Both the position numbers and the translations under genes were made by a program. From Candidatus Bathyarchaeia archaeon (GTDB taxonomy: Archaea > Thermoproteota > Bathyarchaeia > Bathyarchaeales > Bathycorpusculaceae): DNA of 64,000 nucleotides. Every line of letters starts with the position of its first letter. Position 1 is the stretch's first letter. The notes beneath the pieces were generated by a model. It worked only from the letters and a program-made list of their open reading frames with translations, did not search any database and had not been told where the DNA came from. Where the stretch lies: assembly GCA_038727135.1 (NCBI GenBank), contig JAVYWL010000002.1:1-64000 (forward strand). The letters run 5' to 3'. Positions 11,086 to 20,147 of this stretch are shown here, in pieces.

Positions 11086-11490
11086 TTAATCTCTTTCCCT
11101 TATTTGCTCAATCTCTTCTTGGCTTACACCATCAGTAGCATATTTGTCTCTATCAACTGCATCCGCAATAAAGATTAGGTGCAAAATCCAAGCCAAAAGC
11201 ATCAGAACTCCAACTCCAATAACATTTATTAGATTGAAAAAGGTGTCCGGAGAAAATATGCCTATTAAAAGCAGTGGTATTCCGCAAGCTAGTAAAACTT
11301 TGCCCTTAAATGCGACATGCTCCACTCTCTCCTTAGCGCTTCTTATGTAAGGTCCACTACTGAACCAAAACCAATAATGCACAGGGCTTTCTTTGCTGGC
11401 TTTCTCTTTGTTAACCCAGTAATATGATCCAATAGCGATTTGGGACAAACCATCTAAGATGAAAAGCAATCTAATTACTAAAGCTAGCAA
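11086..11490 (-). CDS. Hypothetical 3-TM membrane protein
   Basis: 134-aa ORF, three hydrophobic segments, GAGG SD-like motif upstream; AT-rich. Confidence 0.6.
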   Translation of the reverse strand: MLALVIRLLFILDGLSQIAIGSYYWVNKEKASKESPVHYWFWFSSGPYIRSAKERVEHVAFKGKVLLACGIPLLLIGIFSPDTFFNLINVIGVGVLMLLAWILHLIFIADAVDRDKYATDGVSQEEIEQIRERD

Positions 11491-11835
11491 CTGTCTATCC
11501 TCAGACTGTTTTTAAAAGTTTGCTTAAAATTTTAAACCTTTCTCCCTCAAACCCTCTCTCCCCAACTCACTTAAATACAGAGACGTATCAATCAGCCAAA
11601 CAAACAGACAATCAAACAACAAGCCACAAAAATGGACGCATTGGGCACGCCTAAAAACAAAGAAAAAGATAAAATTTAATACCAAACCCAAAACTCGACT
11701 CAATCTGTTTACTTTCTTTTTCTAATATCTCCAAATAATACATGGTAGTCTTTATTCTGAAAAACCTTTTGTTAGTCGTATGCTATTAAGCTCGGCAACT
11801 TTCATAACGGTTTAACTTTTAAAACTATTGAACAA

Positions 11836-12270
11836 CTATTTTGAGACTGATAACTTGTTTGGAAAAACTGTTTTTAATATACTTTCATAATCCTCAATTT
11901 TTGCATCTTTCTTTCCTGGAATGCCTCGAACATACCATTCATATTTCTTTTCGTCTGTGATTAAACGAATTTTTGCTCCCAACCCATGCTTCTTTAATTC
12001 CACACTTCTAACTTCTGAATAGTAAATTGCAAAATTGTTCTGGTTGGCTTTCAAAAGTTCTTCTGCGGAAAATCCGACAAACTCTTGTTTCGCCGTTTTG
12101 GGCCATCTTACCAGAACACCTACTGGACTGATTAGATAACTGCCACTACCAATTTTCGCTACAATCACCCTATTTGTTGTAAAATACAAATCCTCGAAAA
12201 GGGTCCTCCATCTAAGGTAACTTGTTCTAAATGAATTGATAACTCCCAGAATCACTTCATCAGCGCTCAT
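11836..12270 (-). CDS. Hypothetical protein, PH-like beta fold
   Basis: LYFTTNRVIV and NFAIYYSEVRSVELKK resemble bacterial/archaeal PH-like domains; start placed at ATG 12270 behind GGTGG. Confidence 0.6.
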   Translation of the reverse strand: MSADEVILGVINSFRTSYLRWRTLFEDLYFTTNRVIVAKIGSGSYLISPVGVLVRWPKTAKQEFVGFSAEELLKANQNNFAIYYSEVRSVELKKHGLGAKIRLITDEKKYEWYVRGIPGKKDAKIEDYESILKTVFPNKLSVSK

Positions 12271-12398
12271 TTCCCACCACTTTTCATGAAATTTAGCTCG
12301 GTAAGGCTTTAAGCTTTTAGAGGCTTTTGCCCACAACTGTTAAAACAGCACAAGTTCTTTAAGACGTAAATGGTATAAATAGAAAGCGAGGAATCCGC

Positions 12399-13091
12399 AT
12401 GGCAATTGAAAAAACGCCTGGAAAAAATGAGATTCTTTTTGTTTGGTTTAACCGCTATGCCGGAGTAACCATAAAAACCCCCTCGAAAACCTTTGTAGTG
12501 GACCCTGTTGATGTGAAGCCCAAAGTTTTCCAGAAGGTTGACGCCATCCTCATAAGCCACGAACATTACGACCACCTAGACCCGTCACTTGTCTTAGAAG
12601 TCCATAAGCTGACCGACTGCAAGGTCATAGCAGACCCAACATCTGCAAGGAGGCTTCGCAATGCCATACCGGCTGAAAAGTTGCACGAGGTTCAACCGGG
12701 CTCTGAGGTCAAATTTGGCGAAGTCTCTGTGAAAGCCGAAAAATGTAATCATCCACCAGCAGCCACACCTATATCCTTCATAATAACAAGCGAGGACGGC
12801 GTAAAAGTCTTCCATACAGCGGACAGCCTGCCCTTCCCAGAAATGGCAAGCATAGGTGAGAGAGAAAAATTCGACTTGGTCTTCTGCACCGTCGGCATTG
12901 CGCCTGGAACTTCGCCGGAAACAGGCGTTGAGATAGCCAGACTTACAAAGCCTAAGGTGGCTGTTCCTTATCATACAGGCTCTTCCGCAGACCTTAAAAG
13001 GTTCGGCGAACTTTTGAAGAGGGAAATGCCAAAGGTCACATGCCTAATCCCAGAGGTTGGAAAGATTTACCAAGTTTCAAAAAAGGTGTAG
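12399..13091 (+). CDS. MBL-fold metallo-hydrolase (UlaG/UPF0173-like)
   Basis: VVDP, SHEHYDH, FHTAD, VPYH. Confidence 0.85.
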   Translation: MAIEKTPGKNEILFVWFNRYAGVTIKTPSKTFVVDPVDVKPKVFQKVDAILISHEHYDHLDPSLVLEVHKLTDCKVIADPTSARRLRNAIPAEKLHEVQPGSEVKFGEVSVKAEKCNHPPAATPISFIITSEDGVKVFHTADSLPFPEMASIGEREKFDLVFCTVGIAPGTSPETGVEIARLTKPKVAVPYHTGSSADLKRFGELLKREMPKVTCLIPEVGKIYQVSKKV

Positions 13092-13094
13092 AGC

Positions 13095-13724
13095 ATGCTT
13101 AAGGAAAAGGGCGGCGGAGACATTAAAGCCGAAGTCTGCAAGATACTAAACAAGATTGGCGCCCTACAATTTGGAACCTTCAAGCTTACAAGCGGAAAAA
13201 TAAGCCCATACTACATAGACCTACGCATAGTTCCAAGCTTCCCAGACGCCTTCCAGAAAATCTGCGGCCTCTACACAAACTTTGTCAGGGAGAAAATAGG
13301 CGTTGAAAACTTCGAAAGAGTGGCCGGAATCCCCGTGGCAGGCATACCCTTCGCCTCGCTGGTGGCCTACAACCTCAAAAAGCCATTCCTATACATACGC
13401 AAAGGCGTGCGCCTCCATGGAAGACAAAGAAGAGTTGAAGGAATCCTCACACCTGGAGACCGAGTTCTCCTGGTGGACGACCTAATCACCACTGGACTAT
13501 CGCTTAGGAGGGCGGCAAAAGCCATAACAGCTGAAGGTGGAATAGTAAACGACGCAGTGGTCTTATTAGACAGAGAGGAAGGCGGCGAGGAAAAATTAAA
13601 GAAAAGCGGTATTAGGCTTCACGCCCTCCTCAACATCAGCGAAGTGGCAAAAATGCTTTACGAGACAGGCGCAATAAACGAGGAACAGTTGAAGACTATT
13701 TTGAAGCAAGTTAAAAAGGAATAA
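13095..13724 (+). CDS. pyrE: Orotate phosphoribosyltransferase
   Basis: GTFKLTSGKISPYYIDLR, YIRK, PRPP loop LLVDDLITTG. Confidence 0.93.
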   Translation: MLKEKGGGDIKAEVCKILNKIGALQFGTFKLTSGKISPYYIDLRIVPSFPDAFQKICGLYTNFVREKIGVENFERVAGIPVAGIPFASLVAYNLKKPFLYIRKGVRLHGRQRRVEGILTPGDRVLLVDDLITTGLSLRRAAKAITAEGGIVNDAVVLLDREEGGEEKLKKSGIRLHALLNISEVAKMLYETGAINEEQLKTILKQVKKE

Positions 13725-13754
13725 AAAGAAAGCGTTAGAAGATGCTGGAAAGGC

Positions 13755-14315
13755 TTACTCGTAGAATATTAATTCCTTCTCCTCCAACATCTCATGAAGC
13801 TTGTGGACGGCATCATAAACGTCTTGCTCTCTTTTGGCTCCTGTGCAGACAAGCTTGCCACTTGCAAAAAGCAGTATAACAACTTTAGGATTATCCATTC
13901 TATAGATTAGCCCTGGAAACTGCTCAGGCTCATACATGGTTTTTCCAAGAGTGTAGGCTGCCTTCTCCAGGTCTATCATACCGCCAAGACTCGCAGAAGC
14001 CACAATGTTCTGAATTTTCAATTCAGGCTTGCTTATGATTATTATCCCGCCCCGCTTCAGCTCTTTAATAACCTTCATGACAGCCCTACGCGCTTCCTTT
14101 TCAGATTTGGCGCCAGTACAGACCATCTTACCAGAATTGAAGATTAAAGTAGCTGTTTTAGGCCTTTTAAGCCTAAAAACAAGCCCTGGAAACTGTTCAG
14201 GACGGTATTCGACTCCAGGATATCCCTTAACAACAGCGTTCAAGTCCACCTTCTGGTTCAGGGTTGCCGAAGCTACAACATTTTCTATGCTTATCATGGC
14301 TTTAACTTTAGGCAT
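13755..14315 (-). CDS. tbp: TATA-box binding protein
   Basis: Two direct repeats NVVAS..YRPEQFPGL..LIFNSGKMVCTGAK / NIVAS..YEPEQFPGL..LLFASGKLVCTGAK. Confidence 0.98.
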   Translation of the reverse strand: MPKVKAMISIENVVASATLNQKVDLNAVVKGYPGVEYRPEQFPGLVFRLKRPKTATLIFNSGKMVCTGAKSEKEARRAVMKVIKELKRGGIIIISKPELKIQNIVASASLGGMIDLEKAAYTLGKTMYEPEQFPGLIYRMDNPKVVILLFASGKLVCTGAKREQDVYDAVHKLHEMLEEKELIFYE

Positions 14316-14459
14316 GGAAACACCACTTCTACATATCAAGTCTTTAAATATCCTTTATAAAGCATTAGGTTTAAAAACTCTGTTAAAATTTGAGCATTAA
14401 TTTGGGAAAAACTTAAATCAGTCAACCGTAACCTTACGACTCTATAAAAGGGTGAAGAA

Positions 14460-15410
14460 TTGGGGAAAACATTAAAGTCGGGATACACATTTCTTCCACC
14501 CGCAGTTTTTGCATCGTTTCTTTTAGCTTTCTACTTGACCTTCAAAATTCTCCCGGGACCAGAATTCATTTTTCTATGCCTGTTTGTGTACGCTTCTTAC
14601 ACCAAAAGCGACAACCGCTTTATAAGAGCTTTCACGCCATTCATTCTATCCTTTTTATCTTATGAGGCGTTGAATAGGCTCATAAGCAGCATCCCAAGAT
14701 ACATCTTCGTCAAGGAGCCAATAGCCGCTGACTCGTGGATTTTTAACACCGTCCCAACCATCGTGCTTCAAAAGTCCATTAGAATGCCGATTTTAGATTA
14801 CATCGGAGCCGCCGTCTACTCTCTGCATTTCATAGCGCCAACAATATTCGCCTTCATATTGTGGAAGTATAAGCCAAAACAATACCGAGAATATGTTCTG
14901 GCCTTTATGATATGTACTTACAGCGCCCTTATAACTTTCCTTGTTTTTCCGGTGGCACCTCCATGGTATGGAGTTGGGGCCACAAGAATACTTTTCCAAG
15001 TTGACGATAACTTAGGTGTTCCCATGTACAGGGCACTCTATGACTATATTGGAATAAACCCATTTGCGGCATTTCCAAGCCTTCATTCGGCGATTCCGTG
15101 GTTGATAGCCCTCTTCGCCCTTAAAGCGTGGAAGAAAAAAGCTCTGCCAATCATAATTTTCCCGATGATGGTCTGGTTTAGCGCTGTTTACCTCGGAGAA
15201 CATTACGTGATTGATGTGGTAGGTGGAATTGTTTATGCAACTTTAGCCTCTATCGCAGTATACAACAAGGATAGGATTACTAAGATCAGATTCACCTTCG
15301 GCAGAAATATTGCCGACTCGGTACTGAATAGTTTAGGGAAGATTCAGCTTCCAATATATCGAAGAAGTGAGCAAATGTATGTATCCATGATTCGGCGCAC
15401 CTTGTGGTAG
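14460..15410 (+). CDS. PAP2-superfamily membrane enzyme, Aur1/IPC-synthase-like
   Basis: Multi-TM; Y..HF, FPVAPPW, AAFPSLH, YLGEHYVID. Confidence 0.8.
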   Translation: MGKTLKSGYTFLPPAVFASFLLAFYLTFKILPGPEFIFLCLFVYASYTKSDNRFIRAFTPFILSFLSYEALNRLISSIPRYIFVKEPIAADSWIFNTVPTIVLQKSIRMPILDYIGAAVYSLHFIAPTIFAFILWKYKPKQYREYVLAFMICTYSALITFLVFPVAPPWYGVGATRILFQVDDNLGVPMYRALYDYIGINPFAAFPSLHSAIPWLIALFALKAWKKKALPIIIFPMMVWFSAVYLGEHYVIDVVGGIVYATLASIAVYNKDRITKIRFTFGRNIADSVLNSLGKIQLPIYRRSEQMYVSMIRRTLW

Positions 15411-15426
15411 ATGCGTAATTTATGAA

Positions 15427-15630
15427 TTATGGTTTTCGCCAAAGATCTGAAACGCGTCCAACCTTTACGAGTTTCCATTTGCCGAAAAAGTCCTTTTTAT
15501 AAAAGTGGTATAAGCCACATTGGGGACACTGCATGATTCGCCGGTTCTTCTCGTAGTCCATTTCATAAAGTTTCAACTCCGCGCCACATTCAACACATTT
15601 CGGCTGCGCTTTAACAGTTTCCTTAAACAT
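15427..15630 (-). CDS. Small zinc-ribbon protein
   Basis: CVECG and CPQCG knuckles; overlaps the signal peptidase stop. Confidence 0.7.
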   Translation of the reverse strand: MFKETVKAQPKCVECGAELKLYEMDYEKNRRIMQCPQCGLYHFYKKDFFGKWKLVKVGRVSDLWRKP

Positions 15631-16588
15631 TAACTTCCAACCCTCTCTGCCTTTTTCCTTTCCAAGCTTTAAGGAAATTGTAGAGCTTCCATAGGTTGTA
15701 GGCTGCCAGTATTATGAGGAAGAACTGGAACCATGAAAATGTTGGAACGCCAAGACGCAGGCCACCATCTACTTCATAGTTAATTTGATAGGTTAAGAAG
15801 CCTTGGCATGGAGGATAAACGTTACTATTTAACTCTTCTTTATGAAACTCAAAATCTGAGAGCATTCCGTGAATTGTTACCATTCTTCCCTCTCCATGCG
15901 TTCCGGCGCCAGGTTGCCAGAAGGTTAAGGAGCCCCATAGGTTGAAGATTACAAGTCCAACGAGTATAGCGTTAATGATTATGTAAAAAATTGTGTTCAA
16001 GCTAATTTTCGAAAATAGCTTTTTCTCCTCAACTTTTTCCTCCTTTTTTGCTGGTTCTTCTTCGCTTTTTGAACCAAAGGGTAGCATTAAGATTATAAGG
16101 ATTATTATTAGAGCTATGAATAGAATATACATGTTTTTTTCTGAGTGGAGGAATAAGGGCAGGTTGCCGATAGCTGGAATTCTCCCTATCACCTTGCCAA
16201 CCAGCTTTTTTGAGTCCCATGTTTCACCAGAACCTGTTGGATATCTATCCCCACGTGTTGTAATACGCCAGATACCGTTACCTACGTATTCTTTATTGAT
16301 GGCTCTGTGGACTATTAGGTCTTCCCCGCTTTTATAAACGAGAATATCTCCGTTGATGGGCTCGGCATTTATTTGAGCTGGGTCTATTTTTTGGACTATT
16401 ATTAGGTCTCCTATGTTTAGAGTTGGAAACATGCTTTCTGACGCTACTGCGAGGAGCGGATATTCGGCTCCTAGAGCTGCTTGTGCGCCGTAATAGAGGC
16501 CGAAAACTATTATGAGGATTAGGATGATGGTTATTGCTGTTTGGAAGTATTCGTTTTTCCAAAGCCTTTTTAGTGTCTGCGTTGCCAA
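15623..16588 (-). CDS. Signal peptidase I (Sec11/SipW type) with extra C-terminal TM region
   Basis: TM, then VASESMFPTLNIGD (Ser), IVHR (His), TRGD; three further TMs. Confidence 0.88.
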   Translation of the reverse strand: MATQTLKRLWKNEYFQTAITIILILIIVFGLYYGAQAALGAEYPLLAVASESMFPTLNIGDLIIVQKIDPAQINAEPINGDILVYKSGEDLIVHRAINKEYVGNGIWRITTRGDRYPTGSGETWDSKKLVGKVIGRIPAIGNLPLFLHSEKNMYILFIALIIILIILMLPFGSKSEEEPAKKEEKVEEKKLFSKISLNTIFYIIINAILVGLVIFNLWGSLTFWQPGAGTHGEGRMVTIHGMLSDFEFHKEELNSNVYPPCQGFLTYQINYEVDGGLRLGVPTFSWFQFFLIILAAYNLWKLYNFLKAWKGKRQRGLEVNV

Positions 16589-16697
16589 GTTTTTGCCTTC
16601 TTAGAGGTTTAGTTTGTCTTGTTGAATTAGCCTTCCATGTTTTAAAACTTAACGCTTTGTTTAGGGGAAAATAAAAATGAGGGGGTTGCGGGATGCT

Positions 16698-16907
16698 TTA
16701 GATTTCTATGCCTTCTGCGCCCAGTTTGACTTTGCTTACTATTCCCTTAAACTTTTTTCCACATTTTGGGCATTCATACATGCCGAAGACTGTCATGGTT
16801 ATCCTCATTTTCTTGTCTGGGAAGGGGGCGATTAGCTCCCATGTCTTGTAGGGGTCTTTAACTTCTGTTCCGCATTCGGGACACGTGTTCTGTTTAGCCT
16901 TTGGCAT
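16698..16907 (-). CDS. Cren7-like small basic zinc-ribbon protein (paralog 2)
   Basis: CPECG..PYKTWEL..P...FGMYECPKCGKKF matches the Cren7 P.K.W.L.P...IGLF..P..GK.FR pattern. Confidence 0.7.
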   Translation of the reverse strand: MPKAKQNTCPECGTEVKDPYKTWELIAPFPDKKMRITMTVFGMYECPKCGKKFKGIVSKVKLGAEGIEI

Positions 16908-16949
16908 GTTTGGTCGCCGGTTTAGCCTCGCTCTCTTAATGAAAGGGGT

Positions 16950-17120
16950 TTAAACCTTCTTCTTGCTTAGGACTTCTCGGAAAGCCTTCTTGCATTTTGG
17001 ACAGTCAAACAGTCCTATTTCGAGTTGCATCCTTTTACCTGACTTGTCGGGGCGTCCAGCCATCGTCCACTTCTTCTTAGGTGTTGCAACTTGGGTTCCG
17101 CATTTTGGACATTTAGCCAT
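16950..17120 (-). CDS. Cren7-like small basic zinc-ribbon protein (paralog 1)
   Basis: MAKCPKCG..PKKKWTM..IGLFDCPKCKKAFR; ATG at 17120 behind GGAGG; 56 aa, very Lys-rich. Confidence 0.75.
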   Translation of the reverse strand: MAKCPKCGTQVATPKKKWTMAGRPDKSGKRMQLEIGLFDCPKCKKAFREVLSKKKV

Positions 17121-17258
17121 TATTTTTCCTCCAAACGTCCTCGATAACCATGGTTTTCTCATGATGATAGATAAATAATTTTCCATTGCCTCCGAGTATG
17201 ACATCTGCCTTGGCATGGAACAATGGGCTTTTAAAATGCTGTGAATGAATTTTTAGCT

Positions 17259-17522
17259 TCATTTCTGGTTTTTGTGGTGTAAGCCCACCACAATTTTTAG
17301 CCCTAAGCCTTTTTCCCTTTTCTTCATGTATCTTGTTTCCGTTTTTATGATTTTTATGTCGTTTCTGGCATTTAAGTAGCCTAAAACTTCGTATTTGACT
17401 TTTCCAAGGGCTAGGAGGGTTATTGGATTTTCTAGTGCTTTTAAGCGTTTTTCCAGCTCTTCTTTCCATCTGCCGTCTTTACCACAGAAAATTGGTCCCT
17501 TTCGCTCCAATTCGCTCGTCAC
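17259..17522 (-). CDS. Small basic protein, possible divergent Alba fold
   Basis: IFCGK..helix..ITLLALGK..helix..IKIIK..LKIVV pattern; co-oriented upstream of the Cren7-like genes. Confidence 0.5.
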   Translation of the reverse strand: MTSELERKGPIFCGKDGRWKEELEKRLKALENPITLLALGKVKYEVLGYLNARNDIKIIKTETRYMKKREKGLGLKIVVGLHHKNQK

Positions 17523-17775
17523 TCTTCTCTTTAGAGTCGAAAGTTTCCAATTTTGTGGCTTACAATTTTCGGGTTTTCGTTGCAGTTAAGGTTTGTGGAA
17601 GATAATTCTGGAAGAATCTTCTATTTTATCATAATCACCAAAATTTTTGTTTACTAGTCCATGTTTTTGCGTTAATTTCGTATATGGTTTTCTTCCGTGT
17701 CAAGCTGAAAACTGTTAAATTTGACACTCCTCTATAATTTTGGAGAAAAATAATAAAAGGCTGAGGATTTAGTTT

Positions 17776-18732
17776 TTGCCGCCTAGAAGGGTTTGGTGTA
17801 AAATTGCGTTTTTAACAGTTTGCTATTCGCTATTCCTTTTTGGTAGTGTTCAAGCAGTTTTATGTGAAAACCAGCCCTTGGTAAGGGTTTACTTCTTCGA
17901 TGTGGGGCAAGGAGACGCCATATTTATAGAAACGGGTGGGCATGACGTGCTTATTGATGGTGGACCCCGTAGCGCCGGTTCAATGCTCATGGGCTATTTG
18001 TCTGATTTAGGTGTTTCGGAAATAGCCTACGTGGTTGCTACGCACCCCCATGAAGACCATATAGGAGGGCTCATATCGGTTTTAGAGTCAAGCATTTCCG
18101 TTGGTGTAGTCCTATATAATGGCGAAAGCGTCACTTCACAAGTGTACCAAAATTTTATGAGCCTTGCCCAAGGCAGAATCACCATTGTCTATAGAGGACA
18201 AACATATGTTCTAAATGAAAATGTTAATTTCACAATTCTGAATCCTGTGCAGCCCCTTGAATTCGCAGAGGTAAACAGCAACAGCATAGTCCTACGGCTC
18301 CAGGTGGGAGACGTGGCTTTTCTTTTCACTGGTGATGCCACTTTCGAGGTTGAGGAAAGCATGATGGATGCTGGCTTAAACCTTTCAAGTCAGGTTTTGA
18401 AGGTCGCCCATCACGGAAGCAGATACGCAACTTCAGAAGCCTTTTTAGACGTTGTTAATCCATCATACGCCGTAATCAGCGCTGGAATAGGTAACCCTTA
18501 TGGGCACCCACACAACGAGACCGTTCAAAGGCTCCTAAGCAAGGGAGTAACGGTCTATGGAACATATGTTTCCGGAACAATAGTCATGGGCACCGACGGA
18601 CAAAAAGTGTACGTTTATGGAAACCCAACGCCGATTCCAGAATTCTCACAGCATATAGTTTTATGCTACCTTTTGATTCTATTCGCTTTAGTTATGTTAT
18701 GGCAAAGCGCTATACAAGTTAAGCTAGGCTAG
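17776..18732 (+). CDS. Secreted ComEC/Rec2-type MBL hydrolase with PEF-CTERM-like anchor
   Basis: Signal peptide, FDVGQGDA, LIDGG, THPHEDHIGG, FTGD, KVAHHGS, NPYGHP; C-terminal PIPEFS followed by a TM. Confidence 0.85.
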   Translation: MPPRRVWCKIAFLTVCYSLFLFGSVQAVLCENQPLVRVYFFDVGQGDAIFIETGGHDVLIDGGPRSAGSMLMGYLSDLGVSEIAYVVATHPHEDHIGGLISVLESSISVGVVLYNGESVTSQVYQNFMSLAQGRITIVYRGQTYVLNENVNFTILNPVQPLEFAEVNSNSIVLRLQVGDVAFLFTGDATFEVEESMMDAGLNLSSQVLKVAHHGSRYATSEAFLDVVNPSYAVISAGIGNPYGHPHNETVQRLLSKGVTVYGTYVSGTIVMGTDGQKVYVYGNPTPIPEFSQHIVLCYLLILFALVMLWQSAIQVKLG

Positions 18733-19209
18733 CCGCTTTATTAGGCGTCCTTCCCGGTCTATTTCGCCCCTTCGAATTCGCGTTGTAGATATGGGTGCAT
18801 GATTCTCCGATGGAACCATGTCTATGACTATTATATTTAGGGGTTCCAGTCCGCGTTTGGCTCTCTCCTCGTTTATTTTCCTTGCTGTTGGTTCTGTTTC
18901 CCTGCTGACTATTAGGGCTTCTAGGCAGCCCCTTTGCAACGTAACTCCATAAGCGTCATTTAGCGGGATTATTTTTGCCCTTTCCATTAAGCCGTGCTCT
19001 TGCAGGAAAGCCTTCAGCTCTTTTAAGCGTTCTTCGTAGGAGGCCACTATGTGGGGCTTGTTCATTTTGGCTACAAAATCGTCTGTGCATAAGCCTATCA
19101 ATACTTGTTCGCCCACCTCAAAAGCCTTCAACAATAGCGCCTTATGTCCCTTGTGGAGTTCGTCGAAGGTTCCGCCAACAGCCACAACTCTAAACCTTGT
19201 AGCCTCCAA
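18724..19209 (-). CDS. coaD: Archaeal phosphopantetheine adenylyltransferase
   Basis: VGGTFDELHKGH, IVSRET, ISTTRIRRGEIDREG. Confidence 0.92.
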   Translation of the reverse strand: MEATRFRVVAVGGTFDELHKGHKALLLKAFEVGEQVLIGLCTDDFVAKMNKPHIVASYEERLKELKAFLQEHGLMERAKIIPLNDAYGVTLQRGCLEALIVSRETEPTARKINEERAKRGLEPLNIIVIDMVPSENHAPISTTRIRRGEIDREGRLIKRLA

Positions 19210-19212
19210 TCC

Positions 19213-20145
19213 CTATCCCAGCAGCCTCGCCCCGTAGAGCTCCACATTTGCCACGAGGATCTTCTCTTCTGGAAGAACTCGTTTAAAAGCTTGAGCCACT
19301 TTATCGGCGTTTTCCGATGTTGTTAATGCGTGGACAGCCTCCCCAACCATGTTTTGAGCCGCGCCGATGGCGCCAGCCTCGTCAGCAGCCCTAAACAGTT
19401 TGCGAATTCGCTCTGTGGCGAAGCCTGTTTTCTCGGCGAAATCGCGGCAGCACGCCAAAAAATTTTCAAGGGATGGTTCAGCCAAAATCTTTTCAAGGGT
19501 AAGCTTACCCCACCTATTGACGGCTAGACGCTTTTCAGGCGAGGATAAAACTTCCCTCGTCGGTATTGGACCAAAAACTCCAGCGACAATCACATGATCC
19601 TCTGATATGGGAATGTGGTCAATTATGGCTGTTCCAGGCGCTCCGGGCTCAACGGTAACCACGCAGCCCCCACCAATTGTTAATGGGGCAACGGTGCCGA
19701 GTCCCGTCTTGCATTTTATTTCTGCTATGTGGGCTGTTCTGCCAAGCTGGTTAAGGGTTAGCTTTAAGCCCAAAGCCTTTGACAAAGCCAAGGCGGTGGT
19801 CAAGGCTCCACCGGCACTTGTGCCAAAGCCAGCCCCTATGGGGACATCAACCCAATGGCTGACTTCAACATCATAAAAGCCATCAGCCCTTTCAAGAAGC
19901 ATCTCAACAACAGTCCGCGTTGTTTCTGCCTCCGGAGCATCCCGCCCATTAATGTATATGTTAATGCTGTTCTGTTCAGCCTCTGAAACGCGCACCTCTG
20001 TTGTTACTCCCTTCTTGATTCCAAAACCACCGCCTCTAGCGCCGACTTTTTCAAGGTCTGTTATGGGTTTTCCATCTGGCAGTGTGTCACATATCTCAAA
20101 AAAGCTGGAGATGCCGGCTGGGCTAAAGGCTCTTGCACTTTTCAA
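19213..20145 (-). CDS. pok: Pantoate kinase (GHMP family)
   Basis: AFSPAGISSFF, GARGGG, PIGAGFGTS, AHIAEI..TGLGTV, QNMVGE; start set at TTG 20145, just after the upstream gene's stop. Confidence 0.88.
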   Translation of the reverse strand: MKSARAFSPAGISSFFEICDTLPDGKPITDLEKVGARGGGFGIKKGVTTEVRVSEAEQNSINIYINGRDAPEAETTRTVVEMLLERADGFYDVEVSHWVDVPIGAGFGTSAGGALTTALALSKALGLKLTLNQLGRTAHIAEIKCKTGLGTVAPLTIGGGCVVTVEPGAPGTAIIDHIPISEDHVIVAGVFGPIPTREVLSSPEKRLAVNRWGKLTLEKILAEPSLENFLACCRDFAEKTGFATERIRKLFRAADEAGAIGAAQNMVGEAVHALTTSENADKVAQAFKRVLPEEKILVANVELYGARLLG

Positions 20146-20147
20146 TT

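Noticed and set aside
11595-11630. CAAA/CAGA low-complexity run similar to the reverse complement of 4613-4630
   Set aside because: Short and low complexity; cannot be distinguished from chance
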